Below are positions 19,403 to 28,530 of a stretch of DNA of 64,000 bases, piece by piece; the stretch's first letter is position 1, and each line of letters begins with the position of its first letter. The translations under genes were made by a program, and so were the position numbers. This stretch comes from Polyangiales bacterium (GTDB lineage Bacteria > Myxococcota_A > Polyangia > Polyangiales > Polyangiaceae), in assembly GCA_038230375.1 (NCBI GenBank), contig JBBRNJ010000019.1:50845-114844 (forward strand). Reading direction: 5' to 3'. The notes beneath the pieces were generated by a model, which did not search any database, had not been told where the DNA came from, and saw only the letters and a list, made by a program, of their open reading frames with translations.

Positions 19403-20762
19403 CGGTCACATCCGTGGCTCACGCCTGACGCGACGCGCGCTGCTCGTTGGTGCGGGCGTGCTGCTCGCCGTTCGCGGCGCAGAGGCACGGAGCAGGGAGG
19501 TGCCAGGCGGAACGCTCACGTTTCGCATGCCGTGGCCCATGGCCTCGATCGACCCGCACCGCGCCGACGACGTGACCTGCGCGATCCTCGGAGACGCGCT
19601 GTTCGAGACGCTCTACGCGCAAGATGGCGCCGTTCCAGTCCTTGCGGAGGCCGAGCCCGACATCACGGAGAAGGAGGTTCGCATCACGGTCCGCGCGCAT
19701 CTCAAGACCGCGCGTGGAAGAGCCTTCGGTGCAAGGGACGCAGCGGCCTCCATCGCGCGTGCTCGTTCGATCGCCGCGCGCCCGTGGCTCTTCGAGGTCC
19801 CCGCGCCGCGCCTTGATGGAGCAACGCTGGTGTTCGCGTCGAAAGACCCCGCGAAGGACGCGCCGAAGATCGCGCGCGCGCTGTCGTCACCGCTCGCGGC
19901 CATGGTCCCGCTCGGATTCCGCCCGGAGGCGCCGGATGGAACGGGGCCCTTCCGTGCGGACCTTCGCGCGGACGGAGTGTCTCTCATCCGGAACGCGCAC
20001 GCGGCCTCCGGGCCATCGCTGCTGGACAGCTTCACGGTGAAGCGCGCGCCGGATCTAGGAAGTTCATTGCGCGCGTTCGAGGGCGGCGAGGATGATCTTG
20101 GCTGGCTCGGCGCCGGCCTTCATGAGCCACGGCCTGGCTCACTCAGGTTCGACGTGGGCGCGGTCGCGTTCGCCGTGCTGCGTACAGGGCGCGACGCGGG
20201 TACGTGGGACGCGCCCGGCACCGCGCAGTCCCTCGCAGACGGGATCGATCCGAGCCGCCTTGGCCACCTCAGCGTGGGCCCTGCGTGGGCGTCCGACGGG
20301 AGCGCGAAGTGGGGCGGCCCGGCAACGCAGCTCCTCGTGCGTGAGGACAGCCCATGGCTCGTGGAGCTGGCGCGTGCCGTGGCAGCGGCGCTCACCACCG
20401 CATCCGCAGAGGTGGGGGTTCGACCGGTCTCGCTTCAAGAGATCAGCGACAAGCGGACGTCGCGCGCGTTCTCTCTCATGATCGACGCGTTCCGTCCGTA
20501 CGGTCGTGGCTCGATCGCGGAGGCGGCGGCGCTTGCTGCGACGGATGATGCCCAGCGCGCGCAGGAGCTCTTGCGCCGTCCGCATGCACGCGCTCAGGCC
20601 GAGCCGCCGCTCCGGACGCTTGCCCGCACGCTGCGCGCAGGCATCCTGGGTGAGATCCGCGTCGCGGGTGGGCGTATCCCCGAGGTGCATCTGGACGTGT
20701 CGCCGCGCGCGCCGGGCGTGGACTGGGGCAACGTGCGTCGCCGAGCGCGGGTGCCCACGTGA
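19392..20762 (+). CDS. Family-5 (oligopeptide-type) solute-binding-like protein with putative Tat signal
   Basis: LTRRALL twin-arginine-like signal; GGTL..SIDP, LFETLY and GTGPF motifs; in-frame TTG at 19392 overlaps the upstream gene (start inferred). Confidence 0.75.
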   Translation: MSDDGHIRGSRLTRRALLVGAGVLLAVRGAEARSREVPGGTLTFRMPWPMASIDPHRADDVTCAILGDALFETLYAQDGAVPVLAEAEPDITEKEVRITVRAHLKTARGRAFGARDAAASIARARSIAARPWLFEVPAPRLDGATLVFASKDPAKDAPKIARALSSPLAAMVPLGFRPEAPDGTGPFRADLRADGVSLIRNAHAASGPSLLDSFTVKRAPDLGSSLRAFEGGEDDLGWLGAGLHEPRPGSLRFDVGAVAFAVLRTGRDAGTWDAPGTAQSLADGIDPSRLGHLSVGPAWASDGSAKWGGPATQLLVREDSPWLVELARAVAAALTTASAEVGVRPVSLQEISDKRTSRAFSLMIDAFRPYGRGSIAEAAALAATDDAQRAQELLRRPHARAQAEPPLRTLARTLRAGILGEIRVAGGRIPEVHLDVSPRAPGVDWGNVRRRARVPT

Positions 20763-22420
20763 GGCTCGCGCCGCGTCTCGTTCTTGCGTTCAGCCTGGTC
20801 GCCATCGCGTCGACCATCGGGCTCGGCGTGTACATCCGGCGTGACAGGCATCAGGCGGAGACGGATCGCTTCGACTCCGAAGTGAAGCGCGCGTGCGACA
20901 ACGTGGCCAGTGAGCTCGGTCGGCAGGCAGAGCGCGATGATCGCCTGATTCATGGCGCCTGCGAGAGCGGCGAGCTCGTGGACCGCGTGCTGATGAGCGT
21001 GAAGCGCGACGATCTCGGCTCCACGCGGCTTGGCTTCGCGGAGATCGTCCCCAAGGAGCGCGTCGCATTCGACCTGGACGAGCTGATGCTGGTGATGGAC
21101 GACGGCGACGTGCTCGGCGCAGACCCGAGCCGGCTGCGCGGCTCCGCCAAGAGCGACGTGATGAAGTTCTTCACGGACGACAAGGACGGCTACGCGCTCC
21201 GCACGGTCTCCGTCCCGGCGCTGGTGAGCAAGTGCACGAAGAAGGGGCCTCGTGCGATCGGGCTCGTGGCCGCCCGTCACACGGGACCGCAGCTCGCTCG
21301 CCTTGGCAAGACACTGGACGTGCACGTGAACCCCGCGGCCGTGGCTGCCGACGAAGCGCGTGCACAATGCACGTTTCTGGACACGCGGGGCAGGGCGCTG
21401 CCGCTCACCGTGACAAAGTCGAAGGCGGAGCTGTCGAAGAATCTGGAGCGCGTCGACGAGGCGATCCTCCTCTCCACGCTGGTCTCCATTGGCGCGTCGA
21501 TCTTGATCGGCATCATCCTGGCGCGGAGCCTTGGCAGCCCGCTCGCAGAGCTGTCGCGACAGACGCGCAAGGTCGCCACGGACGAGGCCTCGCCCATCGA
21601 CATTCGTGGTTCGGGTGAGGTCGGCGAGCTGGTGCTCACGTTCAACAAGATGATCGAGGACCTGGCCGTCACGCGCCGGAGGCTTGCCGCAGCGAGCCGC
21701 GTGGCCGCATGGCGCGAGGTGGCTCGCCGCGTTGCCCACGAGATCAAGAACCCGCTCGCGCCGATCCGCGCCGCGGTGGAGACGCTGCGAAGGCTGCGCG
21801 CGCGACAGGATCCCGCGTTCGACGAGTACTTCGACGAGGCCACGCGCACCGTCCTGGACGAGGTTCACCGCATCTCGAACATCGTGACCGAGTTCACGCG
21901 CTTCGCCCGGCTCCCGCAGCCAAAGCCCGCGCCCATGGACGTGGAAGAGGTCGTGCGGCACGTGGTGTCGATGCACAAGCCCAACGCAGGTCCGCTCTCG
22001 CTTCGCGCCGAGATGCGGACAACGCCGCCCGAGGTGAACGCGGATCGCGATCAGGTCGTGCAGATCCTGACGAACCTGGTGCAGAACGCGATCGACGCAG
22101 CGCGCAATACGAAGGACGCGGAGGTGACGGTGGTCACGGCCCATGATGCACGCGCGGGACAGACGTTCGTCACCATCACCGTGGCGGACAATGGCCCTGG
22201 CATCGCGCCCGAGATGGAGGCGCGCCTGTTCGAGCCGTATGCCACGAGCAAGGCGCATGGCACTGGCCTTGGCCTTGCCATCGCCCAGCGCATCGCCATG
22301 GAGCACGGCGGGGAGCTCGTGTACGCGGGGAAGAACGGAACACGCGGCGCCGTCTTCCGGCTCACGCTCACCATCGATGGGCCACCCCCGCTGTCCGACA
22401 TCGCGCCCAGCAGCGGCTGA
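20759..22420 (+). CDS. Membrane sensor histidine kinase (periplasmic sensor, HAMP, HisKA, HATPase; NtrY-like)
   Basis: WREVARRVAHEIKNPL, NLVQNAIDA, DNGPG and GTGLGL motifs. Confidence 0.95.
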   Translation: MRLAPRLVLAFSLVAIASTIGLGVYIRRDRHQAETDRFDSEVKRACDNVASELGRQAERDDRLIHGACESGELVDRVLMSVKRDDLGSTRLGFAEIVPKERVAFDLDELMLVMDDGDVLGADPSRLRGSAKSDVMKFFTDDKDGYALRTVSVPALVSKCTKKGPRAIGLVAARHTGPQLARLGKTLDVHVNPAAVAADEARAQCTFLDTRGRALPLTVTKSKAELSKNLERVDEAILLSTLVSIGASILIGIILARSLGSPLAELSRQTRKVATDEASPIDIRGSGEVGELVLTFNKMIEDLAVTRRRLAAASRVAAWREVARRVAHEIKNPLAPIRAAVETLRRLRARQDPAFDEYFDEATRTVLDEVHRISNIVTEFTRFARLPQPKPAPMDVEEVVRHVVSMHKPNAGPLSLRAEMRTTPPEVNADRDQVVQILTNLVQNAIDAARNTKDAEVTVVTAHDARAGQTFVTITVADNGPGIAPEMEARLFEPYATSKAHGTGLGLAIAQRIAMEHGGELVYAGKNGTRGAVFRLTLTIDGPPPLSDIAPSSG

Positions 22421-22421
22421 C

Positions 22422-23750
22422 ATGCGGACCGCCTCGCAGGCCCCGCAGAAGCTCCCTGCGCGCGTGCAGCTCCCGAGCGGCCGTCGGGTTTCGCTGCGCG
22501 TGAAGGTGCCCACCGAGCCGCTCGCGCGCGTTCGTCGCGCGTCGCTGTTCTCGGAGCTCTTCGCGGCAGAGGAGCAGGGGCTTCTGGCGCTCGCGGACGA
22601 CGGCGCGAAGGTCCCGCTCGCGTCGTTGTCGCTTGGCGACTTCCATGCGGTGCGCGCGCTCGCTCTCGCAGGCGGAGTCCTCGCAGAGGAGAGCGTGGAC
22701 GTTACGTGCAAGAACTGCGAGGCCACGTTGACGGTGCTCCCGTGCAAGGCGCTGCCGCTGGGACCCTTCCGTGATTTCGAGCTGGACGATCCGGAGCTGG
22801 ATGCGACCTTGGCACCAGGGATCGCGCACGAGATCCCGGATGTACCGCTTCCTGGGGACCGGCGCGCATCGACGGTGACGTTCAGTGCACGCACGGCGGA
22901 GCAAGCGAGGCCGCTCTTCCAGGCCCTGTCGCGTCGAGATCTCGAGGTGGATGCCGCGTTCGTATCCGCGATGGGGATCGTGAGTCTTGGCGAAGAGACG
23001 AGCCCCAGGGTGATCGCGCGCGCCCTCTCCCGGTGCGACGACGATGCGTTCGCGGGGGTGACGGATGCCTTCCTTGCCACGCACTATCCGCTGCGCCTCG
23101 GAGCTCCGATCCGCTGCGAAGCTTGCGGTGCGCGCAACGACGTGGACGCGCCGTACGAGCGCGAGGTGGAGCCGAGCGGGCTCGTGCGTGGTGATGCTGC
23201 GAACCCGGGCGCAAACGTTCCAGCTCAGTTTCCGACGCTCGATGATTTCTCGGAGGTCGCGCGCACGTCGTTCGAGGAGCATGTGAGCCGGTTCCCGGCG
23301 GACACGGTCGATCTGGTGGTGACGGACGAGACCCCCGACTGCGACGACGGCGGCGAGCCGCTGCTCGGCTCCTACGTGCCTGGATCCGCACCAGATGGGC
23401 ATGGCCTTCTGGCGCGCCCCACGGTCACGGTCTACGTGCGGACGTTCCGCGCAATGTGGAACCAAGAAGGCCCGTACGACGTCGCCGCGGAGATCGACGA
23501 GACCATCGAGCACGAGCTCCAGCACCACGAGCATCACCTCACAGGCGAGGACCCGATGGACGACGAGGAGCGCGCCGAGATCGTCCACGAGGCGCAACGC
23601 ATCCTTGGCCGGAAGCAGGTGGCGCGCGATGCTGCGCAGGGCCTCGGGATGGACATCGGCGAGTTCGTCCGTCGCACCTGGCTCGTGTGGCTGTTGCTCT
23701 TCATTGCAGGCGCGGCCGCGCTCTGGGCGGAAGGTGCTCAGGGTCGCTGA
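22422..23750 (+). CDS. Fusion protein: duplicated CxxC domain + mini-zincin metallopeptidase + C-terminal TM
   Basis: CKNC and CEAC; PLLGSY..VTVYVR..IDETIEHELQHH (HExxH); terminal hydrophobic helix. Confidence 0.8.
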   Translation: MRTASQAPQKLPARVQLPSGRRVSLRVKVPTEPLARVRRASLFSELFAAEEQGLLALADDGAKVPLASLSLGDFHAVRALALAGGVLAEESVDVTCKNCEATLTVLPCKALPLGPFRDFELDDPELDATLAPGIAHEIPDVPLPGDRRASTVTFSARTAEQARPLFQALSRRDLEVDAAFVSAMGIVSLGEETSPRVIARALSRCDDDAFAGVTDAFLATHYPLRLGAPIRCEACGARNDVDAPYEREVEPSGLVRGDAANPGANVPAQFPTLDDFSEVARTSFEEHVSRFPADTVDLVVTDETPDCDDGGEPLLGSYVPGSAPDGHGLLARPTVTVYVRTFRAMWNQEGPYDVAAEIDETIEHELQHHEHHLTGEDPMDDEERAEIVHEAQRILGRKQVARDAAQGLGMDIGEFVRRTWLVWLLLFIAGAAALWAEGAQGR

Positions 23751-23783
23751 TCCCCGTCTGAAATGGACGTTTGCTTGTCGCAT

Positions 23784-23813
23784 TTGACGGATGCGGTCTT
23801 CAGCGATTACGTT
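23784..23813 (+). promoter_or_regulatory. Putative sigma70 promoter giving a leaderless transcript
   Basis: TTGACG-18 nt-TACGTT, then 6 nt to ATG 23820. Confidence 0.6.
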
Positions 23814-23819
23814 GCGCGT

Positions 23820-24281
23820 ATGGTTCGCGCAAAGCCCGCCAACAAGCGGGGGAGCCCGGAGGCCGTCGAGAAGCGTCGCGTTGCACGCATGTTCAACGAT
23901 CTCCTCGGCGGGAAGAGCACGCACGGCAAGCTCGACGGGCGCACCGAGAAGCGTCGCAAGCGTCTGCTTCGCGAGCTTCAGACCGGGAAGGCACGCGGCA
24001 AGAAGGACCTGAAGCCCCTCGACGTGCTGTTACGGGTGCAGGAGCTCCTCGAGATTGGCGAGCCCCTCTCCGCCATTCGAAAAGTGGCGAAGGTGAAGAA
24101 GCCCGAGGTGCTGGGCGAGGACATTGCCAAGGTGGTGGAGCGCCTGCACCGCGCCTATGCATTCCGGCCCGAGGTGTACCGGTTCGTCGGCATCGCGGAT
24201 GAGGTGCTGGCCACGGCCGGTGTGCTCGCGCAGGAGCCTCCGCCGGGTCGCTCTGGCCGTCCCAGGAAGCGCGGGCCTTGA
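23820..24281 (+). CDS. Basic helical hypothetical protein with C-terminal AT-hook-like motif
   Basis: K/R-rich sequence ending RSGRPRKRGP. Confidence 0.8.
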   Translation: MVRAKPANKRGSPEAVEKRRVARMFNDLLGGKSTHGKLDGRTEKRRKRLLRELQTGKARGKKDLKPLDVLLRVQELLEIGEPLSAIRKVAKVKKPEVLGEDIAKVVERLHRAYAFRPEVYRFVGIADEVLATAGVLAQEPPPGRSGRPRKRGP

Positions 24282-24315
24282 CCTTGGCGCCCGGTCCGTT
24301 TACCTGATCCACGCG

Positions 24316-25305
24316 ATGCGTACGCTTCCGGCCTATTTCCTTGTTCTCGCGTTCTCGCTCGTGGCGGCGGGGCCGCGCGCGGAGGACTCCAAGGAGGAAG
24401 TGCGTCGCAAGGCCGTTGTCGCACGGGTGGGTCAGCGCCAGATCAGCGCTGGCGAGCTCGAGGATCGGCTCGCGCAGGTCCCTCGCTTCCAGCTCTCCGA
24501 GTTCGGTGGGACTGCGGATGAAATCCGGCGCAAGTTCCTGACCGACATCGTCGTGAAGGACGCGCTCCTCGCGCAGGCCGCGCAGGACACGAAGCTCACG
24601 TCGCAGCTGCCCACGGAAGGGCGCATCGCGCGCGCCCTCTCTGGCGCCACCCTTCGCAAGGTGAAGGCAGACGCCGGGGACCCCGGACAGATCTCCCCGG
24701 AGGAGGTCCGCGCCTACTACGACAACAACAAGGCGCGCTTCGACACCTCGGAGCGCGTGTTGGTTCATCGCATCCTCTGCAAGACGCTCGCGGAGGCAGG
24801 CACCGTGATCGAGTCCTTCAAGAAGGACCCCACACCGCGCGCCTTCGCCGAGCTCGCGCGCGAGCACAGCCAGGACCATACGTCGGGCATGCGCGGCGGC
24901 AACATGGGCTTCGTCACCGCGGACGGCAAATCGAACGAGGCGGGCGTCATCGTTGATCCTGCGGTCGTCAAGGCCGCGTTCGCCGTGAAAGATGGCGAGC
25001 TGGTCCAGCAGCCAGTGCCCGAGGCGAGCATGTTCGCGGTCGTGTGGCGCAAGGGCACCGTCGCGGCCTCGCACCGCAACTTCGAGGAAGTGATCTCGCA
25101 GATCCGCGAGACGATGTTCAAGGACAAGCTCGAGACGGCGCGCAAGAAGCTCATCGAGGACCTGCGCGAGAAGAACGTGAAGGAATTGAACGAGCCGCTG
25201 CTCCGCACGATCGACGTGTCGCGCGCAGATGGCGCGATCACGCCGCGCAAGCGCCCCGGTCAGGTGCCGCCGCTCGGCGCCCCCATCCCAGACAACAAGA
25301 AGTAG
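24316..25305 (+). CDS. Parvulin (PpiC-type) peptidyl-prolyl isomerase, exported
   Basis: VVARVG..I, EEVRAYYD, FAELAREHSQD and RGGNMG motifs; signal peptide. Confidence 0.9.
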   Translation: MRTLPAYFLVLAFSLVAAGPRAEDSKEEVRRKAVVARVGQRQISAGELEDRLAQVPRFQLSEFGGTADEIRRKFLTDIVVKDALLAQAAQDTKLTSQLPTEGRIARALSGATLRKVKADAGDPGQISPEEVRAYYDNNKARFDTSERVLVHRILCKTLAEAGTVIESFKKDPTPRAFAELAREHSQDHTSGMRGGNMGFVTADGKSNEAGVIVDPAVVKAAFAVKDGELVQQPVPEASMFAVVWRKGTVAASHRNFEEVISQIRETMFKDKLETARKKLIEDLREKNVKELNEPLLRTIDVSRADGAITPRKRPGQVPPLGAPIPDNKK

Positions 25306-25326
25306 GCAGCCACGTCGCCGTCCGCG

Positions 25327-25707
25327 TCACGGCTTGATGTTGCCCGATAGCGTGAAGATCGGCATGTAGACGCCGATCACGCATGCACCGATCGACACGC
25401 CCGCGAAGATCATTGCGCCGAGCACCCAGAGGCGGCGCTGCGTGAGCGGAAGCGCGCCCGTCGCGCCGCGCGCCGTGGCAAGCGCAACGACCAGGCCGAG
25501 CAGCGGGGGGAACCAGAGAGAGACGGCGAGCGTGGTGAGCGTGTTGAGGTGCTCCTCGCCGCCCAGGTCGTGGAACATTCCCGCGAACGCGTTGCCCATG
25601 ATCGGGAACGCAAAGAGGCCGAGCGCACCGGCCCCCGCGCCGAGCGTGATCGACCAGTCGAACGATGTGAATCGTTCGTCGTCGTCGCGCTTGGGTTTGA
25701 CGATCAG
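25327..25707 (-). CDS. Small 3-TM membrane protein resembling the TM segments of PilC/GspF (CTG start inferred; first ATG at 25599)
   Basis: FAGMFHDLGG..LNTLT and VYMPIFTL motifs; frame open upstream of the ATG through a hydrophobic helix to a CTGA overlap with the rnc stop. Confidence 0.7.
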   Translation of the reverse strand: MIVKPKRDDDERFTSFDWSITLGAGAGALGLFAFPIMGNAFAGMFHDLGGEEHLNTLTTLAVSLWFPPLLGLVVALATARGATGALPLTQRRLWVLGAMIFAGVSIGACVIGVYMPIFTLSGNIKP

Positions 25708-26420
25708 GGCGGCGGCTCCGGGGGCTTTGGCAGCGTCTCGAGCGCGGACTGCGCGGCGGCTCGCTCAGCGGACCGCTTGCTCTTGCCTTCGCCCGTGCCA
25801 GAGAGCACGCCACCCACGTGCACCTCCACCACGAAGGTGGGATCGTGCTGCGGCCCGCGCGCCTCCCGGATCTTGTACTCCGGCGGTGGCTGCCCTTCCC
25901 CCTGAACGCGCTCCTGCAGCTGGCTCTTGGGGTCGCGCTCGCCAAGCTGCGTGACCGCGGCGAGCGGCTCGGACACGATCGCCGCGACGACCTTGCGCGC
26001 AGCGAGAAGCCCGTGCGCCTCGTACACCGCCGCGACGATCGCCTCCACGGCATCCGCGAGCACGTTGGTCTGCTGCTTCTCGCCGCCGGCGCGCGCGCCA
26101 CGCCCCAGGTAGAGCGCGTCTCCGAGCGAGATGCTTCGCGCCCAACGCGACAGCGCGTCCGCGTTCACGAGCGCCGCGCGCATACGTGTGAGCGTGCCCT
26201 CGTCCGCCTCCGGAAAGGCCCCCGACAGGATCTCGCTCACGCACAACCCGAGCACGGAGTCGCCAAGGAACTCGAGCCGCTGGTTGTCAGGGTCTCCCGT
26301 CTCGTTCGCGTAGCTCGGGTGTGTGAGCGCCTCCACGAGACGCGGTACCTCGGCTTCACCAAGGATTCGCACGAGCACCGCGCGGACGGCATCTACGTTG
26401 GGCTCGTCGCTCTCGCTCAT
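25704..26420 (-). CDS. rnc: Ribonuclease III
   Basis: ALTHPSY, NQRLEFLGDSVL and ADAVEA motifs; dsRBD DPKSQLQE..GKSKRSAE. Confidence 0.96.
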   Translation of the reverse strand: MSESDEPNVDAVRAVLVRILGEAEVPRLVEALTHPSYANETGDPDNQRLEFLGDSVLGLCVSEILSGAFPEADEGTLTRMRAALVNADALSRWARSISLGDALYLGRGARAGGEKQQTNVLADAVEAIVAAVYEAHGLLAARKVVAAIVSEPLAAVTQLGERDPKSQLQERVQGEGQPPPEYKIREARGPQHDPTFVVEVHVGGVLSGTGEGKSKRSAERAAAQSALETLPKPPEPPP

Positions 26421-26725
26421 GGACTCTTCTGGTATGCGCTGAATGCGGCGTCACTCGCCTCCGCGAGCGAGCGATCCAGTGACGTCACTCCACCAGCGTC
26501 ATGCGTGGTCCACAGGAGCTTCGCCTTGCCCCACCCAAGCTCCACGTCGGGATGGTGATCGTGCTTCTCTGCGAGCATGCCCACCTCGACGACGAACGCC
26601 AGCGCACGCGAGAAATTCTCCACCGCGTAGCTGCGAACGATCGCCTCGCCCACACGCGTCCACGCGGGATGCGCGGCGAGCCACGCTGCGATCTCGGCGT
26701 CCCCGAGCTTCTGCGGTCTTGTCAT
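26417..26725 (-). CDS. phhB: Pterin-4-alpha-carbinolamine dehydratase
   Basis: AEKHDHHPD and TTHDAGG motifs. Confidence 0.92.
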   Translation of the reverse strand: MTRPQKLGDAEIAAWLAAHPAWTRVGEAIVRSYAVENFSRALAFVVEVGMLAEKHDHHPDVELGWGKAKLLWTTHDAGGVTSLDRSLAEASDAAFSAYQKSP

Positions 26726-26859
26726 GGCCCCATGCTAGTTCAGGCAGCCCACCGCTCGTCACCCGTTTCGGCGACGTCTGCGGGCTGCGTTGGGGGAACT
26801 TCGGCGCCGGACCCGTGTCGTTCTCTTCGATGCTACCGAGTTTTGGCTATCATGAGTCC

Positions 26860-27492
26860 GTGGGATTGACGGCGTGCCCGTTCTGTCGGGAAATGTTCGA
26901 GGAGGGCGAGCGGGAGGACTGTCCCGTCTGCGGTGTCGCGCTCACGGACTTCTCCAAGCTTCCTCTGTCGTTGGACGCGATGGCGGAAGAGGGAAACGTC
27001 CCCACCGCACCTGAGATGGAGCGCCTCCCCGCGCACTACCTCGGGCGAGGCAAGGGCATCCTCGTCGTGCTCGGGCTCGTCGGCATCGTCCTGTTCTTCT
27101 TGCCGTGGGTTCAAATCACGTTTCCCGACATCGACTCCAGGTCTGCGTTCAGGATGGCCCACGGTCGGGCTGGCTGGCTGTTCGGTGCGCTGTGCGGGTG
27201 GCTCGTCTTGATCCCGACCGTGCTCTCTCGTCGGAGCATCCTGAAGATGCGCGGCGCCCGCGTTGCGGCGGCGTTCCTCTCGGCAATTCCGGGCGTCTGC
27301 GTCGTGGATCTGCTGTCTTTTCCGCCGAAATACGACGGCTACATCCCGATCAAGTTCGAGTGGTTGCTCCCGCTCTACATCACGCTCGCGCTCTCCCTCG
27401 TAGGGATCGCCGTCTCCATCTTCTTCCTCGGCGGTCGCATGGACGACATCAAGGTGAGCCGCGGTACGTCTGCGGGGCAACAGGTCCACTGA
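26860..27492 (+). CDS. Zinc-ribbon + multi-TM hypothetical protein
   Basis: CPFC..CPVC and four hydrophobic segments; TATCAT box 6 nt before GTG 26860. Confidence 0.8.
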   Translation: MGLTACPFCREMFEEGEREDCPVCGVALTDFSKLPLSLDAMAEEGNVPTAPEMERLPAHYLGRGKGILVVLGLVGIVLFFLPWVQITFPDIDSRSAFRMAHGRAGWLFGALCGWLVLIPTVLSRRSILKMRGARVAAAFLSAIPGVCVVDLLSFPPKYDGYIPIKFEWLLPLYITLALSLVGIAVSIFFLGGRMDDIKVSRGTSAGQQVH

Positions 27493-27549
27493 CGGCTTTG
27501 CGACCAGCGCCTTGCCCGTGACCTATGGCCAACCTCCCAAGATGGAGGC

Positions 27550-28482
27550 ATGATTCACAGCAGGATGGCGGCGGCAAGGAAGCGCGTGGACTCCGGGATT
27601 TTCGCCACGGCGAAGGTCACGGCTGGGAGCGATGAGCTCTCTGCGCTGCCGTCCATCGTGAATGGGCAGCAGGGTACGACGCACAGCGCGAGCAATCCGC
27701 CGCCACCGGTCTCCGAGCGCGAGCTCACCGACGTTCCCGCTGCGGTCGTCTGCGCATTCTGCGGACAGGCCGAGTGCAGCGGTTGCGATCGCGAGGAGAC
27801 CGCGTCGGGCATCATCGCCGTCGTCGCGTGGGAGCGCACCGCGATGCCGTTCTCGGACAGGCTATGGGCCACGTCGCGCGCGACCACGCGTGACGCCGAG
27901 ACGTTCTTCTCCCTTCTGCCCGACGGCAGCGTGTGGCCGGCGCTCTCGTTCGCGCTCGTCGCCGAGTCGATCGCCGTGCTCTCGTTCGCGCTCTTGCTGT
28001 TCGCGATCGCGTGCATCGTGGCATGGCCGCTCGTGGCGGTCCTCCTCACCGACCCCGCGACCGCAGCGCTGTTCGCGCGTGGCGTGGCGCTCGGCATTCC
28101 CAGCATCGTCGTCGTCTTGGTGCTCGCGCACGTGGTGCATGGTCTCTTCATCGACATGGGCGCCACGCGTGCAGGCAGGCGCGGCGCACGCCGACGTGCG
28201 ATCCGCTTCGGGCTCTACGCCGCCGGCTGGGATCTCGTGATGGCACCTGCGGGCCTGATGCTCGCGCTCGTGAAGGAAGGCCTGCGCTTCCTGCCGGAGT
28301 ATCGCAAGATGCTCTACGGGCTGCCCACGCGCTCGAGCCAGGCGCTGCTCGCCGGCACCTACGGCATCCTTGGCGAAGCACAGAAGGCGCCGCTCTCCTT
28401 CGCGACCATAGGCGCCGTAGTCGCCACCGGCTTCGGCGCCCTCTTCGTCTTCGGCATCGTCGCCGCCTGCATGATATTTTGA
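27550..28482 (+). CDS. Membrane hypothetical protein with Cys cluster (Yip1-like topology)
   Basis: CAFCGQAECSGC, VAWER and several TM segments. Confidence 0.75.
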   Translation: MIHSRMAAARKRVDSGIFATAKVTAGSDELSALPSIVNGQQGTTHSASNPPPPVSERELTDVPAAVVCAFCGQAECSGCDREETASGIIAVVAWERTAMPFSDRLWATSRATTRDAETFFSLLPDGSVWPALSFALVAESIAVLSFALLLFAIACIVAWPLVAVLLTDPATAALFARGVALGIPSIVVVLVLAHVVHGLFIDMGATRAGRRGARRRAIRFGLYAAGWDLVMAPAGLMLALVKEGLRFLPEYRKMLYGLPTRSSQALLAGTYGILGEAQKAPLSFATIGAVVATGFGALFVFGIVAACMIF

Positions 28483-28530
28483 ACATCACCTTCCCCAGCG
28501 CGCGGTGAGCGTGTTGGCTATCCTTTGTTC

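Noticed and set aside
19392..20762. Complete ABC peptide transporter
   Set aside because: No permease or ATPase genes in the window
20594..23080. 828-aa antisense ORF (also 11108..13234, 53562..55508, 54461..56461, 50753..52276 and similar)
   Set aside because: Shadow frames of well-supported opposite-strand genes, expected in high-GC DNA; Arg/His-rich and without motifs
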